Translations under genes and position numbers: made by a program | In this document: one piece after another, positions 16,571 through 27,761 of the stretch | How the letters are laid out: every line of letters starts with the position of its first letter | How positions within the stretch are numbered: position 1 is the first letter of the stretch | The notes under the pieces: generated by a model | Databases searched by the model: none | What the model was told of the DNA's origin: nothing | The model's input: the letters and a program-made list of their open reading frames with translations, nothing else | Assembly: GCF_024502345.1 (NCBI RefSeq) | Contig: NZ_JALDNN010000001.1 | Source of the DNA: Escherichia coli | Lineage (GTDB): Bacteria; Pseudomonadota; Gammaproteobacteria; Enterobacterales; Enterobacteriaceae | Strand: one strand, 5' to 3' | Length of the DNA stretch: 64,000 nucleotides

Positions 16571-16969
16571 ATGGGGCTTTTTGATGAAGTTGTCGGTGCC
16601 TTTCTGAAAGGCGATGCGGGGAAATATCAGGCTATTTTAAGTTGGGTTGAGGAGCAGGGCGGCATTCAGGTGCTGCTGGAAAAACTGCAAAGTGGCGGCT
16701 TAGGGGCCATTCTCTCAACCTGGCTGAGTAATCAACAGGGCAATCAATCGGTTAGTGGCGAGCAACTGGAATCGGCGCTCGGCACAAATGCGGTGTCCGA
16801 TCTCGGGCAAAAACTTGGCGTGGATACCAGTACAGCTTCCAGTTTACTGGCAGAGCAATTGCCGAAGATTATTGATGCGCTCTCACCGCAAGGTGAAGTG
16901 TCACCACAAGCCAATAACGATCTGCTTTCCGCAGGTATGGAACTGCTGAAAGGGAAACTCTTCCGCTAA
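16571..16969 (+). CDS. yidB: conserved protein YidB (DUF937-like)
   Basis: ATG at 16571 (MGLFDEVVGAF...) inside the GTG track ORF; K-12 synteny. Confidence 0.8.
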   Translation: MGLFDEVVGAFLKGDAGKYQAILSWVEEQGGIQVLLEKLQSGGLGAILSTWLSNQQGNQSVSGEQLESALGTNAVSDLGQKLGVDTSTASSLLAEQLPKIIDALSPQGEVSPQANNDLLSAGMELLKGKLFR

Positions 16970-17083
16970 GCAAATGGGGAGCATGCAACCCGCGTTGCAT
17001 CCCCCTTTTCCCTCGGGTGTTGTACTGATTTTTGAGCGGAATCGCGTTAGCATGGGTCAGGAACCAATCTACCTGGGGAACTC

Positions 17084-17896
17084 ATGGCTATCAAACTCAT
17101 TGCTATCGATATGGATGGCACCCTTCTGCTGCCCGATCACACCATTTCACCCGCCGTTAAAAATGCGATTGCCGCAGCTCGCGCCCGTGGCGTGAATGTC
17201 GTGCTAACGACGGGTCGCCCGTATGCAGGTGTGCACAACTACCTGAAAGAGCTGCATATGGAACAGCCGGGCGACTACTGCATTACTTATAACGGCGCGC
17301 TAGTACAGAAGGCCGCTGATGGTAGCACCGTGGCGCAAACTGCTCTCAGCTATGACGACTATCGTTTCCTGGAAAAACTCTCTCGCGAAGTCGGTTCTCA
17401 TTTCCACGCCCTGGACCGCACCACGCTGTACACCGCCAACCGTGATATCAGCTACTACACGGTGCATGAATCCTTCGTTGCCACCATTCCGCTGGTGTTC
17501 TGCGAAGCGGAGAAAATGGACCCCAATACCCAGTTCCTGAAAGTGATGATGATTGATGAACCCGCCATCCTCGACCAGGCTATCGCGCGTATTCCGCAGG
17601 AAGTGAAAGAGAAATATACCGTGCTGAAAAGTGCGCCGTACTTCCTCGAAATCCTCGATAAACGCGTTAACAAAGGTACGGGGGTGAAATCACTGGCCGA
17701 CGTGTTAGGTATTAAACCGGAAGAAATCATGGCGATTGGCGATCAGGAAAACGATATCGCAATGATTGAATATGCAGGCGTCGGTGTGGCGATGGATAAC
17801 GCTATTCCTTCGGTGAAAGAAGTGGCGAACTTTGTCACCAAATCTAACCTTGAAGATGGCGTGGCGTTTGCTATTGAGAAGTATGTGCTGAATTAA
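17084..17896 (+). CDS. yidA: HAD-family sugar phosphatase YidA
   Basis: 270-aa ORF with HAD motif IAIDMDGTLL. Confidence 0.9.
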   Translation: MAIKLIAIDMDGTLLLPDHTISPAVKNAIAAARARGVNVVLTTGRPYAGVHNYLKELHMEQPGDYCITYNGALVQKAADGSTVAQTALSYDDYRFLEKLSREVGSHFHALDRTTLYTANRDISYYTVHESFVATIPLVFCEAEKMDPNTQFLKVMMIDEPAILDQAIARIPQEVKEKYTVLKSAPYFLEILDKRVNKGTGVKSLADVLGIKPEEIMAIGDQENDIAMIEYAGVGVAMDNAIPSVKEVANFVTKSNLEDGVAFAIEKYVLN

Positions 17897-17901
17897 TCTG
17901 T

Positions 17902-17935
17902 GGGCGGGCAAACAGCATGAATGCGTTTGCCCGCT
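17902..17935. terminator. hairpin between convergent yidA and yidX (possible bidirectional terminator)
   Basis: Inverted repeat gggcgggcaaac...gtttgcccgc in the 45-bp gap between the two stops. Confidence 0.4.
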
Positions 17936-17941
17936 TACTGA

Positions 17942-18598
17942 TTATTGGTTTACTGCATATACAACCAGAAATTGCAGCGGTGCAGTAATGATGTCCAGCG
18001 TAACAGTCACTGGCAGTAATGCTGCGGAAACACCATCCGGAATGCCTCTGGGTGAATAGTATTCATAAAATCGCACTTTAAATGGATGGTAGAACGCCAT
18101 CACCTTTGAGTAATCCATGTTTTTATTTTTCTCATGGATTGTGCCTTTTAGGTTTTCCAGTGACCTGGTACAGTGTTGAACACCACAGGCAAAACCATAA
18201 TGCGTTGCCAGTGCCTTTTCTTCTTCGTTATTCCAGTAGTAGTAAAGCGATATTGTGCCGGTAAATTTCTTTTTCCCCGCATTTAAAACAAATCTTGCGT
18301 CATCGGCAACCTGAATATTGTGCCGGTTAAGTGCTGGATCATTGAGCATCTTAACGATGTCATCGGCACCATCAGTGATAAGGTAATCCAGCGATTCCCC
18401 TACAAAAACATAGCCTTTTGTTCCATTACTATCTTTTGCCTGCGATAGCCCAGTGATGGTGTCTGACTGCGATTGATACTTTCCTGAACTACCCTTTGCG
18501 GTATGGGAAACCAGAGCATACGAGATACAGCCTGAAAGCATCAGCGCCAGTGGGAATAAACCGGCAGCCTTAAAAAATCCCTTAAAATTCAACTTCAT
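17942..18598 (-). CDS. yidX: putative lipoprotein YidX
   Basis: Start set at [24 protein letters not shown] (signal peptide with lipobox), inside the longer track ORF. Confidence 0.75.
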
Positions 18599-18874
18599 GA
18601 TTAATCCTTTAAACGAGTAGCTAAGCCGTTGAAAGCATACTCTTCTTTCCCTCCTGTTTAGCGCCTGATATCCCTTTTCAGATTTCTGCCCGACGCATGT
18701 CATTTTTTATGCATTGTTCTTTTTGTGATCTAAATTGTAGTACAACAATATAAGTTTGTACTACATTACGCACACGGCAAACGCGAACGTCATCACGCTG
18801 GTACTACAAAGTTGCCGCGTTATGCATCGATCGGGGTAAAGTAGAGAAGAACATACAGAGCACAAGGACTCTCC

Positions 18875-19564
18875 ATGACTCTCAATAAAACCGATCGCAT
18901 TGTCATTACGCTGGGTAAACAGATCGTTCACGGCAAATACGTACCTGGCTCGCCACTTCCGGCTGAGGCGGAGCTCTGTGAAGAGTTTGCAACCTCGCGC
19001 AACATCATCCGTGAGGTGTTCCGTTCGTTGATGGCGAAACGGCTGATTGAAATGAAACGTTATCGCGGCGCGTTTGTGGCACCGCGTAACCAGTGGAATT
19101 ACCTCGACACTGACGTACTGCAATGGGTGCTGGAAAACGACTACGACCCACGGCTTATCAGTGCCATGAGCGAAGTGCGAAATCTGGTGGAACCGGCGAT
19201 TGCCCGTTGGGCAGCAGAGCGCGCGACCTCCAGCGATCTGGCGCAGATTGAATCGGCGCTGAACGAGATGATTGCCAACAATCAGGACCGCGAAGCGTTT
19301 AACGAAGCGGATATTCGCTACCACGAGGCGGTGCTGCAGTCGGTGCATAACCCGGTGTTACAGCAACTTAGCATTGCGATCAGTTCGCTGCAGCGGGCGG
19401 TTTTTGAACGAACCTGGATGGGCGATGAGGCCAACATGCCGCAAACGCTCCAGGAACATAAGGCGCTGTTCGATGCGATACGGCATCAGGACGGCGATGC
19501 GGCAGAGCAGGCGGCGCTTACCATGATCGCCAGCTCGACACGAAGGTTAAAGGAAATCACATGA
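18875..19564 (+). CDS. dgoR: GntR/FadR-family repressor of galactonate operon
   Basis: 229-aa ORF with N-terminal HTH; first gene of the dgo cluster. Confidence 0.9.
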   Translation: MTLNKTDRIVITLGKQIVHGKYVPGSPLPAEAELCEEFATSRNIIREVFRSLMAKRLIEMKRYRGAFVAPRNQWNYLDTDVLQWVLENDYDPRLISAMSEVRNLVEPAIARWAAERATSSDLAQIESALNEMIANNQDREAFNEADIRYHEAVLQSVHNPVLQQLSIAISSLQRAVFERTWMGDEANMPQTLQEHKALFDAIRHQDGDAAEQAALTMIASSTRRLKEIT

Positions 19565-20439
19565 CAGCTCGCTACATCGCAATTGACTGGGGATCGACCA
19601 ATCTGCGCGCCTGGCTTTATCAGGGCGACCACTGCCTGGAGAGCAGGCAATCAGAAGCAGGCGTCACGCGCCTGAACGGAAAATCTCCGGCTGCGGTGTT
19701 AGCAGAAGTCACGACCGACTGGCGTGAAGAGAATACGCCAGTGGTAATGGCAGGAATGGTCGGCAGCAATGTCGGCTGGAAAGTTGCTCCGTATTTATCT
19801 GTTCCTGCCCGTTTTTCGTCTATTGGCGAACAATTAACGTCTGTTGGCGACAATATCTGGATTATTCCCGGATTATGCGTCTCTCATGACGATAACCACA
19901 ATGTGATGCGCGGCGAAGAAACACAATTGATCGGCGCGCGAGCTCTGGCTCCTTCCTCTCTTTATGTTATGCCCGGTACGCATTGCAAATGGGTGCAGGC
20001 CGATAGCCAGCAAATCAACGATTTTCGCACCGTGATGACCGGTGAACTACATCATTTACTGTTAAATCACTCATTGATTGGCGCAGGTTTGCCGCCGCAG
20101 GAAAACTCTGCCGATGCCTTCGCGGCTGGCCTTGAGCGCGGCCTTAATGCGCCCGCCATATTGCCGCAGCTTTTTGAAGTTCGCGCCTCGCATGTGCTGG
20201 GAACACTTCCCCGCGAACAGGTCAGCGAATTTCTCTCTGGTTTGTTGATTGGCGCAGAGGTTGCCAGTATGCGCGACTATGTGACCCATCAACACGCCAT
20301 CACCCTTGTCGCCGGAACATCGCTGACCGCGCGCTACCAGCAAGCCTTTCAGGCGATGGGTTGCGACGTGACGGCGGTGGCGGGCGACACGGCATTTCAG
20401 GCTGGTATAAGGAGCATCGCTCATGCAGTGGCAAACTAA
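19561..20439 (+). CDS. dgoK: 2-dehydro-3-deoxygalactonokinase
   Basis: 292-aa ORF overlapping dgoR stop; dgo operon order. Confidence 0.9.
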   Translation: MTARYIAIDWGSTNLRAWLYQGDHCLESRQSEAGVTRLNGKSPAAVLAEVTTDWREENTPVVMAGMVGSNVGWKVAPYLSVPARFSSIGEQLTSVGDNIWIIPGLCVSHDDNHNVMRGEETQLIGARALAPSSLYVMPGTHCKWVQADSQQINDFRTVMTGELHHLLLNHSLIGAGLPPQENSADAFAAGLERGLNAPAILPQLFEVRASHVLGTLPREQVSEFLSGLLIGAEVASMRDYVTHQHAITLVAGTSLTARYQQAFQAMGCDVTAVAGDTAFQAGIRSIAHAVAN

Positions 20440-21040
20440 ACTTCCGCTGATCGCCATTTTGCGCGGCATTAAGCCCGACGAGGCGCTGGCGCATGTTGGC
20501 GCGGTGATTGACGCCGGGTTCGACGCGGTTGAAATCCCGCTGAATTCCCCACAATGGGAGCAAAGCATTCCCGCCATCGTTGATGCGTATGGCGACAAGG
20601 CGTTGATTGGCGCAGGTACGGTACTGAAACCTGAACAGGTCGATGCGCTCGCCAGGATGGGCTGTCAGCTCATCGTTACGCCCAATATCCATAGTGAAGT
20701 GATCCGCCGTGCGGTGGGCTACGGCATGACCGTCTGCCCCGGCTGCGCGACGGCGACCGAAGCCTTTACCGCGCTCGAAGCGGGCGCGCAGGCGCTGAAA
20801 ATATTTCCGTCATCGGCTTTTGGTCCGCAATACATCAAAGCGTTAAAAGCGGTATTGCCATCGGACATCGCAGTCTTTGCCGTTGGCGGCGTGACGCCAG
20901 AAAACCTGGCGCAGTGGATAGACGCAGGTTGTGCTGGGGCGGGCTTAGGCAGCGATCTCTATCGCGCCGGGCAGTCCGTAGAACGCACCGCGCAGCAGGC
21001 AGCAGCATTTGTTAAGGCGTATCGAGAGGCAGTGCAATGA
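20423..21040 (+). CDS. dgoA: 2-dehydro-3-deoxy-6-phosphogalactonate aldolase
   Basis: 205-aa KDPG-aldolase-like ORF. Confidence 0.9.
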
Positions 21041-22185
21041 AAATCACCAAAATTACCACGTATCGTTTACCTCCCCGCTGGATGTTCCTAAAAATTGAAA
21101 CCGATGAAGGCGTGGTCGGTTGGGGCGAGCCCGTGATTGAAGGCCGCGCCCGTACGGTGGAAGCGGCAGTTCACGAGCTGGGTGACTATTTGATTGGTCA
21201 GGATCCTTCGCGCATCAATGACTTATGGCAAGTGATGTATCGCGCCGGATTTTATCGTGGCGGTCCAATCCTGATGAGCGCCATTGCCGGGATCGACCAG
21301 GCGTTATGGGATATCAAAGGCAAAGTGCTGAATGCGCCGGTCTGGCAACTGATGGGCGGCCTGGTTCGCGACAAAATTAAAGCCTACAGTTGGGTCGGCG
21401 GCGATCGTCCGGCGGATGTTATCGACGGCATTAAAACCCTGCGCGAAATCGGCTTCGATACCTTCAAACTGAACGGTTGTGAAGAACTGGGGCTAATTGA
21501 TAACTCCCGCGCGGTAGATGCGGCAGTCAACACCGTGGCACAAATTCGTGAAGCTTTTGGCAATCAGATTGAGTTTGGTCTTGATTTCCACGGTCGCGTC
21601 AGCGCGCCAATGGCGAAAGTGCTGATTAAAGAACTGGAGCCGTATCGCCCGCTGTTTATTGAAGAGCCGGTGCTGGCGGAACAAGCCGAATACTACCCGA
21701 AATTGGCGGCACAAACGCATATTCCACTGGCGGCGGGTGAGCGCATGTTCTCACGTTTCGATTTTAAACGCGTGCTGGAGGCAGGCGGTATTTCGATTCT
21801 GCAACCGGATCTCTCCCATGCAGGCGGTATTACCGAATGCTACAAAATTGCTGGAATGGCAGAAGCCTATGATGTGACCCTTGCGCCGCACTGTCCGCTC
21901 GGACCGATTGCACTGGCGGCTTGCCTGCATATCGACTTTGTTTCCTATAACGCGGTACTTCAGGAACAAAGTATGGGCATTCATTACAACAAAGGCGCGG
22001 AGTTACTCGACTTTGTGAAAAACAAAGAAGACTTCAGTATGGTTGGCGGCTTCTTTAAACCGTTAACGAAACCGGGCTTAGGTGTGGAAATCGACGAAGC
22101 TAAAGTTATTGAGTTCAGTAAAAATGCCCCGGACTGGCGTAATCCGCTCTGGCGTCATGAAGATAACAGCGTAGCAGAGTGGTAA
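21037..22185 (+). CDS. dgoD: D-galactonate dehydratase
   Basis: 382-aa enolase-superfamily ORF. Confidence 0.9.
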
Positions 22186-22304
22186 TTCCTGCCACGTAAG
22201 CCCCTCATCGGGCACTAAAACAGCAATACAAAAATATAACCCTCTGTAAATTACAGGGCATGGTGAGCGGCTTCGCTATGCCCAAAATCTGGAGAAAGCT
22301 CGCT

Positions 22305-23597
22305 ATGGATATTCCCGTTAATGCAGCAAAGCCGGGGCGTCGGCGTTATCTGACGCTGGTGATGATCTTTATTACGGTGGTCATTTGTTATGTTGACCGC
22401 GCTAACCTGGCCGTGGCTTCCGCCCATATTCAGGAAGAGTTCGGCATTACGAAAGCGGAAATGGGCTATGTATTTTCGGCCTTCGCCTGGCTTTATACGC
22501 TATGCCAGATCCCCGGCGGTTGGTTTTTAGATCGCGTAGGTTCTCGCGTGACTTATTTTATTGCGATATTTGGTTGGTCAGTGGCGACTTTATTCCAGGG
22601 CTTTGCCACGGGATTAATGTCATTAATTGGTCTGCGTGCGATAACCGGTATTTTCGAAGCGCCCGCTTTCCCGACCAATAACCGGATGGTGACCAGCTGG
22701 TTCCCGGAACATGAACGCGCTTCCGCCGTTGGTTTTTATACGTCTGGTCAGTTTGTCGGTCTGGCGTTTTTGACTCCGCTGCTGATCTGGATTCAGGAGA
22801 TGTTGAGCTGGCACTGGGTGTTCATTGTCACTGGTGGTATCGGCATTATCTGGTCGCTGATTTGGTTTAAGGTTTATCAGCCGCCGCGCCTGACCAAAGG
22901 TATCAGCAAAGCTGAACTGGATTACATTCGTGATGGCGGCGGTCTGGTGGATGGTGATGCGCCGGTGAAGAAAGAGGCGCGTCAGCCGTTAACAGCCAAA
23001 GACTGGAAACTGGTGTTCCATCGTAAACTGATCGGCGTTTATCTTGGGCAATTTGCGGTGGCTTCTACACTGTGGTTTTTCTTAACCTGGTTCCCGAACT
23101 ATTTAACCCAGGAAAAAGGAATCACGGCGCTGAAAGCAGGCTTTATGACCACGGTGCCATTCCTCGCGGCGTTTGTCGGCGTCCTGCTCTCTGGCTGGGT
23201 AGCGGATCTGCTGGTACGTAAGGGCTTTTCACTGGGCTTTGCGCGTAAAACGCCGATTATCTGCGGCTTGCTGATCTCCACCTGCATTATGGGCGCTAAC
23301 TACACTAACGATCCGATGATGATTATGTGCCTGATGGCGCTGGCATTCTTCGGTAACGGTTTTGCTTCGATTACCTGGTCGCTGGTTTCTTCTCTGGCAC
23401 CGATGCGCCTGATTGGTTTAACCGGCGGCGTGTTTAACTTCGCCGGTGGTCTGGGCGGCATCACCGTTCCGCTGGTGGTGGGGTACCTGGCGCAGGGTTA
23501 CGGTTTCGCACCTGCACTGGTTTATATCTCCGCCGTCGCGTTGATTGGCGCGCTCTCTTATATCCTGCTGGTGGGCGATGTGAAGCGCGTTGGCTAA
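22305..23597 (+). CDS. dgoT: D-galactonate MFS transporter
   Basis: MFS ORF; start set at ATG 22305 ([16 protein letters not shown]...), inside the track ORF. Confidence 0.85.
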
Positions 23598-24658
23598 TCC
23601 TTCAACTGTGGAATATGTGCCACACCACTGCGCATAATCCACTTTCTTAAAGCCGGTGCGGTCAGGCATCGGCTTTTTACTATCTTGCCGAAGAGTTTTA
23701 AACGCAGTTTGCGGGTGGCGCGCCAGTAAGCGGTATTGAGCTTCTCTGGCTGCTTCAGTAACACCGAACGCAGAATGTCTGCGCTATCCAGCGCATAGCT
23801 AATCCCCTCCAGCGAGCTGGCGCTGATAAATCCCGCCGCTTCACCAATCAGAAAGGCGTTGTCCTTACCGCAGACAAAATCCTGCCAGCGTGAGGGAAAC
23901 AGCACCGTGCATTTTTCGCTTTTCACCGCCTTACCAAACTGGAACTGAAAGGCGCTCATTTTCTCTTTCAGCGTCGTGAAACGCGTCTGACCGTCTTTCA
24001 TTGGATAAGCACCGCCAAAGATAAAATAACCGTCTTTGCTGATACTCCATGAATAACAGTTAGTTATCGAATTATCAAAGATGCAGGAGTAGAACGGCAC
24101 CGGATGTTTCTCCGCGAACCACTGCTGGATAGCGACATATTTACGGATTTGATGATCCGGGTAGAGATGTCGCCGCACCATCGAGTTTGCGCCATCGGCA
24201 CCGACCAGATAGCGGGCGGTAATATGTTGCTCCCAGCCGTCTGCACGAAAAATGACATGCCATTTATCATCCTCACGCCAGATTTTTCGGCACAGGCTAT
24301 CGTGATAAACCTCAACGCTGGTGGGGATCAGCGATTTCATCCACAAGTCGAAAGCATGGCGATTAATATTGATATAGCTTCGCTGGTAGTTACGCGTGAG
24401 CGATGCGGCGACGTCGACAGTTTTGACGCTGAAAATCTGTGGATTGGCGATCACATCGACAGGAAGCGTCAGTCCATCGCGAATAAAAGATCGCTGCGCG
24501 TCCGGTGCCAGCAGACCGCCGCAAGGTTTGCTGAAACCTTCAGTACCACACTGGTGCTTTTTATCCAGCGCGATCACCTGCATTTTGCCTGCTAATTTTC
24601 GCGCCAACGCCGATCCTGCCGGGCCGAGGCCAATAATCGCCACGTCGAAATGTTCCAT
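23594..24658 (-). CDS. cbrA: FAD-binding flavoprotein CbrA (colicin E2 tolerance)
   Basis: Start at [19 protein letters not shown] (Rossmann GxGxxG), ATG at 24656-24658. Confidence 0.8.
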
Positions 24659-24722
24659 CTTTTCACTCACATTCATCACGATGGCAAAAGACTATTGTCT
24701 GAAAGTGAAGTCCTTGTGAAGT

Positions 24723-25973
24723 ATGATGGCGGGACCCGTTTTGTATCAGGATCGCGCCATGAAACAGATAACCTTTGCTCCCCGTAATCACCTGCTCACC
24801 AATACCAATACCTGGACGCCCGACAGCCAGTGGCTGGTATTTGACGTGCGTCCTTCTGGGGCGTCGTTTACCGGCGAGACCATTGAGCGTGTGAATATCC
24901 ATACCGGCGAGGTCGAGGTTATCTATCGCGCGTCACAGGGCGCACACGTCGGCGTGGTGACCGTTCATCCGAAGTCAGAGAAATATGTTTTCATCCATGG
25001 CCCGGAAAATCCTGATGAAACATGGCATTACGATTTCCATCATCGACGCGGAGTCATTGCTGAAGGCGGCAAGGTGAGCAATCTCGATGCAATGGATATT
25101 ACCGCGCCGTATACGCCAGGAGCGCTGCGCGGCGGCAGCCATGTGCATGTCTTTAGCCCGAACGGTGAAAGGGTGAGCTTTACCTATAACGACCATGTAA
25201 TGCATGAACTCGATCCGGCGCTGGATTTGCGAAACGTCGGTGTTGCTGCGCCGTTTGGCCCGGTCAACGTACAAAAGCAGCATCCGCGTGAATACAGCGG
25301 TAGCCACTGGTGCGTGCTGGTGAGTAAAACCACGCCCACGCCGCAGCCTGGCAGCGATGAAATCAATCGTGCTTATGAAGAAGGATGGGTAGGAAATCAC
25401 GCGCTGGCGTTTATTGGCGACACACTTTCGCCAAAGGGCGAGAAAGTGCCGGAGCTGTTTATCGTTGAGTTACCGCAAGATGAAGCTGGCTGGAAAGCGG
25501 CAGGTGATGCGCCGTTAAGTGGAACGGAAACCACCCTGCCCGCGCCACCGCGCGGCGTCGTGCAGCGACGTTTAACCTTTACCCACCATCGGGCTTATCC
25601 GGGGTTAGTCAACGTCCCGCGCCACTGGGTGCGCTGTAATCCGCAGGGTACGCAAATCGCGTTTTTAATGCGTGATGATAACGGCATTGTGCAACTGTGG
25701 CTTATCTCGCCACAGGGCGGCGAGCCGCGCCAGTTAACCCATAACAAAACGGATATTCAGTCTGCATTTAACTGGCATCCGTCAGGAGAATGGTTGGGCT
25801 TTGTGCTGGATAATCGAATTGCTTGTGCCCATGCGCAAAGCGGCGAGGTTGAGTATTTAACCGAAAACCACGCCAATCCACCTTCTGCGGACGCCGTGGT
25901 CTTCTCGCCGGATGGTCAGTGGCTGGCGTGGATGGAAGGCGGCCAGCTGTGGATCACCGAAACTGATCGCTAA
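24723..25973 (+). CDS. yidR: conserved protein YidR
   Basis: 416-aa ORF; K-12 synteny; exact start uncertain between the first ATGs. Confidence 0.75.
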   Translation: MMAGPVLYQDRAMKQITFAPRNHLLTNTNTWTPDSQWLVFDVRPSGASFTGETIERVNIHTGEVEVIYRASQGAHVGVVTVHPKSEKYVFIHGPENPDETWHYDFHHRRGVIAEGGKVSNLDAMDITAPYTPGALRGGSHVHVFSPNGERVSFTYNDHVMHELDPALDLRNVGVAAPFGPVNVQKQHPREYSGSHWCVLVSKTTPTPQPGSDEINRAYEEGWVGNHALAFIGDTLSPKGEKVPELFIVELPQDEAGWKAAGDAPLSGTETTLPAPPRGVVQRRLTFTHHRAYPGLVNVPRHWVRCNPQGTQIAFLMRDDNGIVQLWLISPQGGEPRQLTHNKTDIQSAFNWHPSGEWLGFVLDNRIACAHAQSGEVEYLTENHANPPSADAVVFSPDGQWLAWMEGGQLWITETDR

Positions 25974-25974
25974 A

Positions 25975-26307
25975 TCAGTTATCAGACATTCTGGCCGGTG
26001 GAATAACCGCATTGGTGGCTTGCGCGTTGGCTTCGCTTTTTTCAACGCGTGAGCGCACCGAACTGTCTTTGCGGAACACATCCCACGGCAGTAAAAGCGT
26101 GTCCATCACAGCGGTAAACGGCATATCGAGAATCGCCAGCGACTTAGTGCCCCAGTTGGTTTCATCGTCGCCAATCATGGTTGCGCTGGCGCGGGTGCCG
26201 GGATACGTTCCTTCTTTCCCTCCGGTATGGGACATCACGCTGGAGCATCCTCCGAGTAATGTCATTCCGCTGCATATCATGAACGCTAACAACACATTTC
26301 TTATCAT
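25975..26307 (-). CDS. yidQ: putative lipoprotein YidQ
   Basis: Start at MIRNVLLAFMICSGMTLLGGCSS (lipobox), ATG at 26305-26307. Confidence 0.75.
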   Translation of the reverse strand: MIRNVLLAFMICSGMTLLGGCSSVMSHTGGKEGTYPGTRASATMIGDDETNWGTKSLAILDMPFTAVMDTLLLPWDVFRKDSSVRSRVEKSEANAQATNAVIPPARMSDN

Positions 26308-26481
26308 AATAAATTCATCTGTTGATCGTGGGTGTTGGCCTGATGAGTTATAGCGATCCCTTGCTGAAAATAACATCATCATTACGTCGCACTGTGGCGG
26401 CTATCGCACTTTAACGTTTCGTGCTGCCCCCTCAGTCTATGCAATAGACCATAAACTGCAAAAAAAAGTCCGCTGATAAGG

Positions 26482-26510
26482 CTTGAAAAGTTCATTTCCA
26501 GACCCATTTT
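26482..26510 (+). promoter_or_regulatory. sigma-32 heat-shock promoter of ibpAB
   Basis: cttgaaa -35 and cccatttt -10 elements with 14-bp spacing, about 100 bp upstream of ibpA. Confidence 0.5.
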
Positions 26511-26612
26511 TACATCGTAGCCGATGAGGACGCGCCTGATGGGTGTTCTGGCTACCTGACCTGTCCATTGTGGAAGGTCTTACATTCTCGCTGATTTCAG
26601 GAGCTATTGATT

Positions 26613-27026
26613 ATGCGTAACTTTGATTTATCCCCGCTTTACCGTTCTGCTATTGGATTTGACCGTTTGTTTAACCACTTAGAAAACAACCAGAGCCAGA
26701 GTAATGGCGGCTACCCTCCGTATAACGTTGAACTGGTAGACGAAAACCATTACCGCATTGCTATCGCTGTGGCTGGTTTTGCTGAGAGCGAACTGGAAAT
26801 TACCGCCCAGGATAATCTGCTGGTGGTGAAAGGTGCTCACGCCGACGAACAAAAAGAGCGCACCTATCTGTACCAGGGCATCGCTGAACGCAACTTTGAA
26901 CGCAAATTCCAGTTAGCTGAGAACATTCATGTTCGTGGCGCTAACCTGGTAAATGGTTTGCTGTATATCGATCTCGAACGCGTGATTCCGGAAGCGAAAA
27001 AACCGCGCCGTATCGAAATCAACTAA
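26613..27026 (+). CDS. ibpA: small heat-shock protein IbpA
   Basis: ATG at 26613 ([16 protein letters not shown]...), alpha-crystallin domain. Confidence 0.9.
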
Positions 27027-27137
27027 TTCCCTAAGGCCGCCTGGCGCGGCCTGACATCTCCATGCTCGCCGTCAGGGAGCATATGCGAATCTTCGGATTT
27101 GCAGGTACTTACTCGCTTCTTAGAAGGAGAAATGACT

Positions 27138-27566
27138 ATGCGTAACTTCGATTTATCCCCACTGATGCGTCAATGGATCGGTTTTGACAAACTGGCCAAC
27201 GCACTGCAAAACGCCGGTGAAAGCCAGAGCTTCCCGCCGTACAACATTGAGAAAAGCGACGATAACCACTACCGCATTACCCTTGCGCTGGCAGGTTTCC
27301 GTCAGGAAGATTTAGAGATTCAACTGGAAGGTACGCGCCTGAGCGTAAAAGGCACGCCGGAGCAGCCAAAAGAAGAGAAAAAATGGCTGCATCAAGGGCT
27401 TATGAATCAGCCATTTAGCCTGAGCTTTACGCTGGCTGAAAATATGGAAGTCTCTGGCGCAACCTTCGTAAACGGTTTACTGCATATTGATTTAATTCGT
27501 AATGAGCCTGAACCCATCGCAGCGCAGCGTATCGCTATCAGCGAACGTCCCGCGTTAAATAGCTAA
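27138..27566 (+). CDS. ibpB: small heat-shock protein IbpB
   Basis: ATG at 27138 ([16 protein letters not shown]...) with aggag RBS 9 nt upstream; paralog of ibpA. Confidence 0.9.
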
Positions 27567-27581
27567 CTAGCTATTCTCTTT

Positions 27582-27609
27582 GCCCCGCCATTCTGGTGGG
27601 GCTTTTTTT
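27582..27609 (+). terminator. intrinsic terminator after ibpB
   Basis: Hairpin gccccgccattctggtggggc followed by T7. Confidence 0.55.
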
Positions 27610-27761
27610 GTCTTACTTACTCAACAATGCGTTAAATTTCGCCTGTTTAAGATATTTCGGCACGTTCTTTCCCGTGATAATGTGCGCTATAAGGCAAATC
27701 TGCTTCACCGATTCAGCCATAATCCGTAGCAATTAAAATGTTATCTCAAGAGAAATGGACG

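Noticed and set aside
27040-27137. Possible sigma-54 promoter upstream of ibpB
   Set aside because: I could not find a convincing TGGCAC-N5-TTGC match by eye; left unannotated.
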